A stretch of 32,920 nt of DNA from Arcobacteraceae bacterium (GTDB lineage: Bacteria > Campylobacterota > Campylobacteria > Campylobacterales > Arcobacteraceae). The notes under the pieces are model-generated. The model was not told where the DNA came from. It saw nothing but the letters and a program-made list of their open reading frames with translations, and searched no databases. Where the stretch lies: positions 1-32,920 of the forward strand of contig JBLWVX010000031.1 of the NCBI GenBank assembly GCA_048268245.1, read 5' to 3'. Shown here piece after piece: positions 24,308 to 32,920 of the stretch. A program made the position numbers and the translations under genes. Every line of letters starts with the position of its first letter. Positions within the stretch are counted from its first letter, which is position 1.

Positions 24308-26266
24308 TTGAAATCAATATTTGAGATTACTCTTTTATATGTTGAAGACGATCAGGATATCCGAGAAGAACTATCATATTTTTTAAAAAATAGAGTGAGA
24401 ACTCTTTATGTAGCAAAAGATGGGGAAGAAGGTCTAGAGTTATATAAAAAAAATATGCCAGATTTAGTGATTTCTGATATAAGTATGCCCAAAATGGATG
24501 GTATACAAATGAGTGAAAAAATAAAAGAATTTGATGAAAATTCTAGAATAGTTATATTAACAGCATTTAATGATAGTGATTATTTAACAAATGCCATAAA
24601 CTTAAATATAGATAGATACCTTATTAAACCAATAGACCTTAAAAGTTTACATGACGCAATAAATAAAATATATAAAACTATTCTTTTAGAAAGAGAAAAT
24701 AAAGAAGTAATCAATCTTTTAGAGCAATACAAAAAAGTAGTGGATTTAAGTGCTATAGTATCAAAAACAGATACAAATGGTATCATTACTTATGCAAATA
24801 AAAAGTTTGAAGAAATATCAGGCTACTGTAAAGATGAGTTAATAGGTAAATACCATAGTATAGTAAGACATGAAGATGTTTCTTCAAAACTTTATGAAGA
24901 TTTATGGCATACAATAAAAGATGAAAAGAAACCTTGGTTTGGTACTGTAAAAAATAAAAATAAAAATGGTCAAGCTTATTATGTGGACGCTGTAATTGAA
25001 CCTATAGTAGACTCAAAAGGTAAAATTATAGAATATATAGGAATAAGACATGATATTACAGATATTATGAATCCTAAAAGACAGCTTCTAGATGATATAA
25101 AAAATATGTCAAATCCTGTATTAATTTTAGCAAATATAAATAATTATAAGATCTTAAAAGAATTTTATACAGAATCTCAAAGAGATAAATTTGAAGAGGT
25201 TTTTTCTAAAGTTCTTACTCAGTGTTTTCCTAAAGCTTTAAGTGTGGATAGAGTATATATTTTAGGTGGAGGATTATTTGGTTTTTTAAAAAATGAAGAA
25301 CTAAATAAGGAACATATAAATATTTATTTACATAAATTACTTATAAATTTAAGAAGAAATGACATTTTATTTGAAGATAATAAATATGATATAGATATTC
25401 TTTTAAGTTTTTCATATGATAAAAGTAATCTTTTTGATGATGCTATTACGGGAATAAGACAACTTAAAAATAATAAAAAAGAGAATATATTATTTTCAAA
25501 TGGTTTATATGAAGAAAAACAAAAAGAAGCAAAAGAAAAACTAAAAACACTTACTTTAATAAAAAATGCTTTAAACTCTGAGCGAAAAGTATTATCATTT
25601 TATCAGCCAATAGTATGTAACCAAACACAAACTATAGAAAAGTATGAGTCTTTACTTAGAATTATAAATTCAAAAGAAGAGATAATATCCCCTTTTTTCT
25701 TTTTAGATGTAGCTAAAAAATCTGGTTATTATCATGATTTAACAAAAAAAGTAATAGAAAATGCTAGTAAAATTCTTCATAAAAACAAAACTATAAAAAT
25801 ATCTATTAACTTATCTTCATCTGATATAGAAGATTTAGAGATTCGTGATTTACTTTTTGAGTTAGTTACAATGAAAGAGAATAAAGGAAGAATAACTTTT
25901 GAGCTTTTAGAGGATGAAGAAGTACAAGATTTAGAAGCTATAAAAATTTTTATTGAACTTGTAAAAGTAGCAGGCGATGTTAAAATTTCTATTGATGACT
26001 TTGGAAGTGGTTATTCTAATTATGAAAGATTAAATGTTTTTCAGCCTGATTATATAAAAATAGATGGAAGTTTAATTAAGGATATTTTGACTAGTAAATA
26101 TAATCAAAGTATTGTAAAGTCTATTATAATTTTTGCAAAAGAAAATGGTATAAAAACTATTGCAGAGTTTGTATCAGATGAAAAAATTCATCAAAAAGTT
26201 AAAGAGCTAGGTGTTGACTTTTCACAAGGTTTTTATTTTGGAAAGCCAGAACCTATAATCTCATAA
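24308..26266 (+). CDS. Response regulator c-di-GMP phosphodiesterase (REC-PAS-degenerate GGDEF-EAL)
   Basis: LLYVEDD, SDISMP, KP (REC); SKTDTNGIITYAN (PAS); LGGGLF in place of GGDEF; ESLLR, IDDFGSGYS, IKIDG, QGF (EAL). Confidence 0.92.
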   Translation: MKSIFEITLLYVEDDQDIREELSYFLKNRVRTLYVAKDGEEGLELYKKNMPDLVISDISMPKMDGIQMSEKIKEFDENSRIVILTAFNDSDYLTNAINLNIDRYLIKPIDLKSLHDAINKIYKTILLERENKEVINLLEQYKKVVDLSAIVSKTDTNGIITYANKKFEEISGYCKDELIGKYHSIVRHEDVSSKLYEDLWHTIKDEKKPWFGTVKNKNKNGQAYYVDAVIEPIVDSKGKIIEYIGIRHDITDIMNPKRQLLDDIKNMSNPVLILANINNYKILKEFYTESQRDKFEEVFSKVLTQCFPKALSVDRVYILGGGLFGFLKNEELNKEHINIYLHKLLINLRRNDILFEDNKYDIDILLSFSYDKSNLFDDAITGIRQLKNNKKENILFSNGLYEEKQKEAKEKLKTLTLIKNALNSERKVLSFYQPIVCNQTQTIEKYESLLRIINSKEEIISPFFFLDVAKKSGYYHDLTKKVIENASKILHKNKTIKISINLSSSDIEDLEIRDLLFELVTMKENKGRITFELLEDEEVQDLEAIKIFIELVKVAGDVKISIDDFGSGYSNYERLNVFQPDYIKIDGSLIKDILTSKYNQSIVKSIIIFAKENGIKTIAEFVSDEKIHQKVKELGVDFSQGFYFGKPEPIIS

Positions 26267-26268
26267 AA

Positions 26269-26652
26269 CTATCTTAGTGTTTTATATAGCTGTATTGCTT
26301 CATCAACTTTTTTTCTTTCAGGTTTTCTTCTACATGAAATATAACATTGTTCACCTGCGTCATTTTTGTATGGATATATAGTTGCAAATACCCAATAATA
26401 TCCACCTGATTTAGTTTTATTTTTTACATAGCCTTGCCATACTTTACCACTCTTTACAGTTTTCCATAAGTCTTCAAAGGCAGTTTTAGGCATATCTGAA
26501 TGTCTTACCATACTATGTGGCTGTCCTATAAGCTCATCTTTATTGTATTCCGCTGCATCACAAAATTGTTCATTTGCAAAAGTTATTATTCCTTTTGCAT
26601 CCGTTTCACTAACTAAAAAAGCATTATCTTTAAGTACTGTTTCTTTTGACAT
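26269..26652 (-). CDS. Stand-alone PAS sensor (Aer/CetB-like)
   Basis: SETDAKGIITFAN, HSMVRHSDMP, W.G.VKN, GGYYWV; directly downstream of an MCP gene. Confidence 0.9.
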   Translation of the reverse strand: MSKETVLKDNAFLVSETDAKGIITFANEQFCDAAEYNKDELIGQPHSMVRHSDMPKTAFEDLWKTVKSGKVWQGYVKNKTKSGGYYWVFATIYPYKNDAGEQCYISCRRKPERKKVDEAIQLYKTLR

Positions 26653-26656
26653 GTCA

Positions 26657-29194
26657 TTACCTTTTTCTTTTTTGAAATTCTAAATCACAATTATGTTCTT
26701 TAAGTTTGTCTAATAGTTCAAATATTACATTTATTTGTAACTCTATATTTTCAGTTAATGATATAATTTGACCATTTTCATAACCCTCTGCATATAAGTC
26801 AACACTATCTTGAACCATATGGTGAAATCTTTGATGAGTTGTTTTTAATTCTTCCCATAATTCACCTTTTGTGAAGTCTAAGCTTTGTTGTTCACTCGCA
26901 ATAAGCCATTTACCCATATCACATTGAGTATGGTCTTTTACTGCAAACTTATTACCAACTTTACAATCACTAAAATTTACATTTTTAAAGTTAATATGAT
27001 CAGATTTTAGTTTATTTAAATCAAAAATATAGTCTGAATTACATACTCTTCTTTTTGCATCAGGATCAAATGCCGTTCTATCAACTGCTCCTTGAAGTTG
27101 AATAGATAAGTCTTGAGTTGTTTTTGCCATTTGGCTTATATTTGAAGCAAGTTGAGCATTGTTTTGTGTTGCTTGGTCTAGTGAGTTTACTGTATCATTG
27201 ATTTGATTCATTGCTTCTTGTTGTTCTTTTGATGCATTTGCAACTTCCCCAATAAGCTTAATAGTTGTTGAAATATTTTTATCAAGATTATTGAATCCAT
27301 CTATCATTTGAGCAGATACTTCTTTCCCTTCTTTTGCTTTTGATGTTGCACTTTCAACTAATGATTTGATTTCATTTGCAGCTTCTGCACTTCTTGCAGC
27401 TAAGTTTCTTACTTCTTGAGCAACAACAGCAAATCCTTTTCCAGCTTCACCTGCTGTTGCTGCTTCAACGGCTGCATTTAATGATAAAATATTTGTTTGG
27501 AAAGCAATTTGGTCAATTACTGTAATAGCTTCATTAATTGTATTAACTTCATTACTTAGCTCATCCATTGATGATGAAGTTTTATTTGCAAGTTCTTTTC
27601 CTAATTGACTTGATTTAGTAACTTCACTTGCATATGCTGACATCTTTGAAGAGTTTTCTGAACTAATAGCAATAGTTGAAGTTACTTCTTCAATAGCTGC
27701 AGCTGTTTGCTCTAAAGCAACTGCTTGTTGGTTTGAAGCTTTACTTAACTCTTCAGATGCACTTGATAAGTCTTTTGCACTAAAAGTTAATCTTTTGTTA
27801 GAGTTGTCAATAAGTGCCATTACTTCATTGATTGTTGATTGAGTTACTTTTGTACCACTTAATAAAGAAGCAATTAGTCCTGTTACTCCTTCAATCCTTG
27901 GTATTGGTTTATCATATTTTGCATTTGCTAATTCAATTAAAGCATCAGATAAAGTTGAAAGGTTTGCTTGAGTTTTATTTATCATATCGTTTATTTCATC
28001 TACAAGTCTTTGCATTTCATTTGATGATGCTTTAAGTTCAATTCTTTCATTATAAAGACCCACATTTACTTTTCCCATAACAGTTCTTGCTTGTTCAATT
28101 ACTTTTTTATCAATAGCTGCATTATTTTCAAGTTCATCAATATATAAGTCAAAGTTTTTAGCAATATTTCCTAGTTCATCATCAGATTTTAGATTTATTT
28201 TTGCACCATTTGAGTTTGTATTCTTTACTAAGTCTTCTACTCCATTATTAAGTTTTTCAACACTTGATAGAATACCTTTTATAATAGTAAGTAAGAACAT
28301 TACGCAAATAAATAAGGCAATAGTTAAACCTATTGCAATATTTTCAGCATTTTGCATAACATCTTTATTTCTTTCTAAACTTTTTTCCAATCTAGAGATC
28401 TGTAGATTTTCAATAGCTAATATAGATTTTTCAATAGAGTCAAAGTCTTCATCAACATTAAGCATAGCACCATTTACTTTTTCTTCCATGATATTAAAAG
28501 TTTCACCTTTTTTAGCCATTTTTTTACCAGCTTTAATCATAGAATCAATTGCATTTTTTAATTGAATATCATCAAGGTTATTAAATAAATCTCTTTTTAT
28601 TTCATCTACTTCTTCAAAACCACTAATATCACCTACTGCTAAAGCATCTGTCAATATTTCTTGAATAGATATAACTTGATATTTTAATTTCATAAGTGAA
28701 TATTCTGTGTAGTTTGATGAAGATATATTATTAAGGGCTTCTTCTATATTATTTACTGCTCTATCAAAATTTTTCATTTCAGATATAGAGTCTTGTCTTG
28801 AAGTAAATTTTTCAATACCATATTTACCCATGGCTTTTAAGTTTTGTATATATGAATTTAATTTTGAGTCAATATTTTCTAGTTGAGTTTTATTTTGATT
28901 GCTTGTTGAGAAACTATTTATTTGTTTATGTATATTTTGATACTGTTCTTTTAGTTCATCAATTACATATAAACCTTCTGGGTCTGCTACAAGGGCAGTA
29001 TCTGTGGCAACTTCTTGTAAATCTTTGATAGTATATTTTAAGTCCTTATAAAGACTTAATAGTTTTGTATCATTTACTGTTTTTTCATTTGCTTCTTCTA
29101 TTTTACTAAATGAGTAAAATAATCCTATGGCATTTAAAATAACAAGTAATGAAAAGGTACTTGCTAAAACTAGAGATTTTCTTTTTATATTCAT
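26657..29194 (-). CDS. Methyl-accepting chemotaxis protein with C-terminal CZB domain
   Basis: Two TM helices, [44 protein letters not shown]-type [18 protein letters not shown]. Confidence 0.95.
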   Translation of the reverse strand: MNIKRKSLVLASTFSLLVILNAIGLFYSFSKIEEANEKTVNDTKLLSLYKDLKYTIKDLQEVATDTALVADPEGLYVIDELKEQYQNIHKQINSFSTSNQNKTQLENIDSKLNSYIQNLKAMGKYGIEKFTSRQDSISEMKNFDRAVNNIEEALNNISSSNYTEYSLMKLKYQVISIQEILTDALAVGDISGFEEVDEIKRDLFNNLDDIQLKNAIDSMIKAGKKMAKKGETFNIMEEKVNGAMLNVDEDFDSIEKSILAIENLQISRLEKSLERNKDVMQNAENIAIGLTIALFICVMFLLTIIKGILSSVEKLNNGVEDLVKNTNSNGAKINLKSDDELGNIAKNFDLYIDELENNAAIDKKVIEQARTVMGKVNVGLYNERIELKASSNEMQRLVDEINDMINKTQANLSTLSDALIELANAKYDKPIPRIEGVTGLIASLLSGTKVTQSTINEVMALIDNSNKRLTFSAKDLSSASEELSKASNQQAVALEQTAAAIEEVTSTIAISSENSSKMSAYASEVTKSSQLGKELANKTSSSMDELSNEVNTINEAITVIDQIAFQTNILSLNAAVEAATAGEAGKGFAVVAQEVRNLAARSAEAANEIKSLVESATSKAKEGKEVSAQMIDGFNNLDKNISTTIKLIGEVANASKEQQEAMNQINDTVNSLDQATQNNAQLASNISQMAKTTQDLSIQLQGAVDRTAFDPDAKRRVCNSDYIFDLNKLKSDHINFKNVNFSDCKVGNKFAVKDHTQCDMGKWLIASEQQSLDFTKGELWEELKTTHQRFHHMVQDSVDLYAEGYENGQIISLTENIELQINVIFELLDKLKEHNCDLEFQKRKR

Positions 29195-29310
29195 ATATAT
29201 AACTCCTTATATAACGTGAAATTATAGATGAGATAATCTTATATTTAATTTAATTTAGACTTATTATCATATGAAAATATTAAAAAAACATGTATAATAA
29301 TATATTTTGG

Positions 29311-31227
29311 TTATTTTTTTAACCAAAGTGCCTGTGTAGGGTATGCAAACTCACAATTATTTTTCTTTGTAAGCTCTGATATTTTTACTAAAACATCTTC
29401 TTTTACTGTAAGCCATTCTTCCCAATCTGGACTTCTTGAAAAACAATATATTAAAATATTTACAGATGATGGTCCAAATTCATCAATATATACTAAAAGA
29501 GTTCTTTTTACACCTTGTAAGTCTTCTCTTTTTATAGCTTCAAACTTTCTTGTATTTGTTAATTGAGCATTTTTACTTGTAGCAATACCTGAATGGTTTA
29601 TAAGCATTTCATAAATATCTTCTCTTAATTGAATAATATCTTCCATTTTCGACTCATACGTAATTCCAATACTCATTTTAATCCGTCTACCGATTCTTCT
29701 TTTTGACCAATTCATAATATGTGTATTTGCAAGTTGTGAATTTGGAACTGTAATCATTGCATTATCAAAAGTTCTGATTCTTGTAGTTCTCATTCTAATA
29801 TCAACTACTGTTCCTTCTATATCTCCTGATTTAATCCAATCCCCTTGAGAAAAAGAGTTATCAGTCATGATACTTAATGAACCAAAGAAGTTTGTAAGTG
29901 TATCTTTTGAAGCTAAAGCAATAGCAATACCCCCAACCCCTAGTGAAGCTGCTATGGCTTTAATATCAATACCTAGTTGCGAGAATAAAAATAGAATAAC
30001 TAAAAGAATTAATACAATTTTTATAATTCTTAAGATGAAAACAATCATCTCTTTTCTTACATTTGGATATTTTTCAAGTAAATTTTGAGCATAGTAGTTT
30101 ATACTATTGTTTAAAATAGCATATAGTCCCCATGTTAGCAATGCCATGTAAATTGTATTTACCCAAGGAATAATTTTTTCAATTAATAATGGGTCTTTTA
30201 TTAAAATATATATAGATATTTGAATAGCAAGTAAATATAAGGCATAAATCATTGGAGTGTTGATTGATTCTTTTAAGTATGCTCGTATTTCATCTGCATC
30301 GTCATCTTCATCGTCATCTTCATTTTTTGAATTTTTTCTTTGTACAAAAACTTTTGCAATAAATGTAGCTATTAATGAGATAATTTTTAAATTTAAAAGT
30401 CTAAAAAATGCAATAATAAATATAACAACAACAAGTTCACCTATTGAGAACTTGAAGTGATAAGATGTAAGATTTGATATAAATGATATTCCTTGTATCT
30501 CATCAATCTTTTTTACAAGATATTTTAAGTTAAATTCATCAACAAAAAAGTTTGATTTTCTAAATTTGAAAATATTATCTTTTAAGTATTCAAGTACAAA
30601 AACTTGTGTGTGCCTTTGATTGTAAGTATTTATATAGTTTTGTGTTAACTCTTCTGAAATATAATTTGAATAGTCTTTATGTTCTTCATAAATAGCTTCG
30701 TATTTCTCTAAAGAAGTTTTTTTCATTTTTTCTATACTATCTTGTAATAGATTTACAAAATATTGTCTTTCTCTAAATTCTCTTTTTCCTTTAATAATAT
30801 TTTTTAATGTTTGTTCATATAATCTTTTTTCTTTTAAATAAATCACTTTAAGTTCATCTCTTGTTACTGCAAGAGAGTTATTGGCTCTTTTGTTTATTGT
30901 TATTTTATTTGAAAGTAAAGTTAATTGTTTTTTGTACTCTTTTTCATTGCTTAAGTTTTCTAAAAAAGACTCGTTGTTTATATTTTCAATTACTGATTCT
31001 AAAAGTTTATTTTGTAATTCTATTTGTTTTTGCTCTTCACTTTTAGTTTCTTTAGTTTCTTCTATTGTTTGTTTTTCTACTGCTTTTAATGAGTTGTGAT
31101 TGATTACAACTTCCGTTTTTTTATTCTCTTGATCTTCTGGTTTTATTAGTTTTACAGGCTCTTGCGTACTAGTCTGAGAAAACAAAAAAAGTGGTAATAT
31201 TAATGATAAAAAAATCTTTCGAATCAT
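29311..31227 (-). CDS. MscS-family mechanosensitive channel with a large periplasmic N-terminus
   Basis: ASLGVGGIAIALASKDTLTNFFG, GDWI, GTVVDIRMRTT, VPN, FAYPTQ. Confidence 0.93.
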   Translation of the reverse strand: MIRKIFLSLILPLFLFSQTSTQEPVKLIKPEDQENKKTEVVINHNSLKAVEKQTIEETKETKSEEQKQIELQNKLLESVIENINNESFLENLSNEKEYKKQLTLLSNKITINKRANNSLAVTRDELKVIYLKEKRLYEQTLKNIIKGKREFRERQYFVNLLQDSIEKMKKTSLEKYEAIYEEHKDYSNYISEELTQNYINTYNQRHTQVFVLEYLKDNIFKFRKSNFFVDEFNLKYLVKKIDEIQGISFISNLTSYHFKFSIGELVVVIFIIAFFRLLNLKIISLIATFIAKVFVQRKNSKNEDDDEDDDADEIRAYLKESINTPMIYALYLLAIQISIYILIKDPLLIEKIIPWVNTIYMALLTWGLYAILNNSINYYAQNLLEKYPNVRKEMIVFILRIIKIVLILLVILFLFSQLGIDIKAIAASLGVGGIAIALASKDTLTNFFGSLSIMTDNSFSQGDWIKSGDIEGTVVDIRMRTTRIRTFDNAMITVPNSQLANTHIMNWSKRRIGRRIKMSIGITYESKMEDIIQLREDIYEMLINHSGIATSKNAQLTNTRKFEAIKREDLQGVKRTLLVYIDEFGPSSVNILIYCFSRSPDWEEWLTVKEDVLVKISELTKKNNCEFAYPTQALWLKK

Positions 31228-31262
31228 AGTTTCTCCATGGTTTTAATTATTAAAATTATAGC

Positions 31263-31532
31263 TTATTTTTCTACTGTTGCACTTAGTTTTTGGTATATTC
31301 CTAAACCAATTATTACTAAAACTGCAGTTAGAATTAGTACCGAAGGATAAATTAAGTGAGTTATATTTGTTGTCCTAGTTTTGAAAATATATACAAGTCT
31401 TTCAACACTAACAGCAATTGCAATATAGACTTCATTTGTTGACCACCACAAAATTGCTAAAGCCATAAAAGCTAATACAACTGCAAACATAAAATATACA
31501 AGTGTAGTAATACTTTCAAATATAATCTTCAT
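31263..31532 (-). pseudogene. Small membrane protein, probably an internally deleted PsiE-like gene
   Basis: ATG 31532 with AGGAG SD; the first TM runs directly into IAVSVE..VYIFK...LIYP, suggesting a missing central segment (from recall of the family, not verified). Confidence 0.45.
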
Positions 31533-31920
31533 AGTTTTCGGTACTCCTTTTACTAAATTTACATAAATTTGTAACATATTAGATTGAAACTGAACTTAAA
31601 TATATTTATTTTATTATTTATTCATGTTGGTTGATCTGGCTACAGTAAATGAGACACAGAAATTAAAGAATTCAGAGTTAAAATTACAGATAGAAAGGTC
31701 AGATAAAGATGAGACAATATATACAAGAGTTTAAAAGATATACCTTATACTTAAGCTACGCAGTAAAATGTGCAGTAAAGCTAACAAAATAAGTACACCT
31801 TGTCAACAAAAACTAAATAAGATTGATTGTAAAATTAAAAGATTTTAAATAAATATCACCAGCAGCAATTACATTTATTTTTTAATAAATTTTTATTAAT
31901 ATATTAAAAATCCCACAAAA

Positions 31921-32006
31921 TGGTGCAGCTGGAGGGACTTGAACCCTCACACCAGTACTGGCATTAGCCCCTCAAGCTAACGTGTCTACCGTTCCACCAC
32001 AGCTGC
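31921..32006 (-). tRNA. tRNA-Leu(GAG)
   Basis: GCAGCTG acceptor stem, anticodon arm TTAGC-TTGAGGG-GCTAA, long variable arm, GGTTCAAGTCC T-arm, encoded CCA. Confidence 0.96.
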
Positions 32007-32124
32007 ATTTATTATATTACTTTTTTATTGTAAAACACTTCTAAATAGTTTGTCTTAGTATTTTATCATAGTCGTGATAAGGACGAAATAATACTTGTTT
32101 ATTCCATAAAAAAACCTTAAATAA

Positions 32125-32560
32125 AACAAGTCTCACTAGGTAGTATAATCGCAAATATCGCACCTTCTTTATTGTTTCTTACTTCAATAGTGCCTTTTAA
32201 GTATTTTTCTATTATCTATTTTTTGTATGTAAGATGATTTTTCTATTTTACTATTTACTAAAGCACCTTTTGTATTTGGACGAGCTTTATTATTACTTGC
32301 GTATACTCATTTATAATATCTAGTTCAATATGCTTTGATGTAAGCCATTGGTGTAGTTATTTTAAGACTGCTTCTATTTTCTCTTACATTGTAAAAGTTA
32401 TAGACTGTTTAGTAGGCTTAAAAAAGTTTTGAAAATCATCAAATGATATAGCAGTTTCATTTGATATTATTTTTAAAGTTTAATTCAGAGTATTCTTTTA
32501 GATGACATAAAATAGGATTTATGTCATTATTTACATTTTTATTGATTGCTTCAATCATAC
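32125..32560 (-). pseudogene. Heavily decayed sensor histidine kinase fragment
   Basis: Minus-strand fragments DDFQNFFKPTKQ, NEYTQVII and IEKYLKGTIEVRNNKEGAIFAIILP, interrupted by stops and frameshifts; boundaries approximate. Confidence 0.75.
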
Positions 32561-32703
32561 TTTTTTAAACTATTGTATCAAGGAAAAGTGTCATTTTTGA
32601 GTAGTATTGTATAAAATATAATTTTTATAATAATAGTATACAGAGGTTTGTAAAATATAAGTTAAAATAATAATATAAAAATGTTGAATTTTATTTTAGA
32701 CAT

Positions 32704-32738
32704 AAAAAAAGGCCAAGAGTAAAAACTCTTGACCTTTT
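32704..32738 (-). terminator. Intrinsic terminator of atpE
   Basis: On the minus strand AAAAGGTCAAGAGT-tttt-ACTCTTGGCCTTTT running into a T tract. Confidence 0.85.
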
Positions 32739-32766
32739 AAGTTATCAGTTCTGTAGTAAGTACTGA

Positions 32767-32920
32767 TTACCCTAAGAATGGGTTAGCATATAATGCGATC
32801 ATCGCAATTACTAATGCATAAATAACTTGTGCTTCGATCATCGCTAATGCAATGAACATAGTAGTCATTAATTTTCCACCTAAACCTGGGTTTCTAGCAG
32901 TACCAGCGATTGTTGCAGCA
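32767..32920 (-). CDS. atpE: F0F1 ATP synthase subunit c (3' part; runs off the window)
   Basis: [50 protein letters not shown]. Confidence 0.96.
   Translation of the reverse strand, partial: AATIAGTARNPGLGGKLMTTMFIALAMIEAQVIYALVIAMIALYANPFLG

Noticed and set aside
23951..31099. Short opposite-strand ORFs at 23951, 24580, 27832, 29867, 30257, 30861 and 30881
   Set aside because: All lie antisense within confidently assigned genes

Overview
AT-rich chromosomal window, most likely from a Campylobacterota (Arcobacteraceae-like) bacterium; this is inferred from the gene set, AAGGA ribosome-binding sites and protein styles. Positions ~1-12100 hold a large (at least 12 kb) integrated filamentous phage (inovirus-like) whose left end probably lies outside the window. 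It encodes a major coat protein, several tiny membrane coat candidates (two missed or mis-started in the ORF track), a Cys-rich pIII-like adhesin, pVI, a Zot/pI ATPase, its own pIV secretin, a P2 gpA-type HUH replication endonuclease preceded by origin-like hairpins, an orphan ParB, an excisionase-like HTH protein and a tyrosine integrase abutting rdgB. The parB gene contains a perfect 16-bp GC-rich palindrome, a candidate parS; this apparent ParB-parS module without ParA in a filamentous prophage is the most unusual feature. The rest is host DNA: rdgB, three pilin-like genes, proC, bamD, lon, a rhomboid protease, a solute-binding-protein pseudogene, a small zinc-ribbon ORF starting with ATA, dinB, a DUF3015/DUF4105-like pair, a REC-PAS-(GGDEF)-EAL regulator, a PAS + MCP(CZB) chemoreceptor pair, mscS, tRNA-Leu(GAG), a decayed histidine kinase and the 3' end of atpE. 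All family calls come from motif recognition by eye; no database searches were run.
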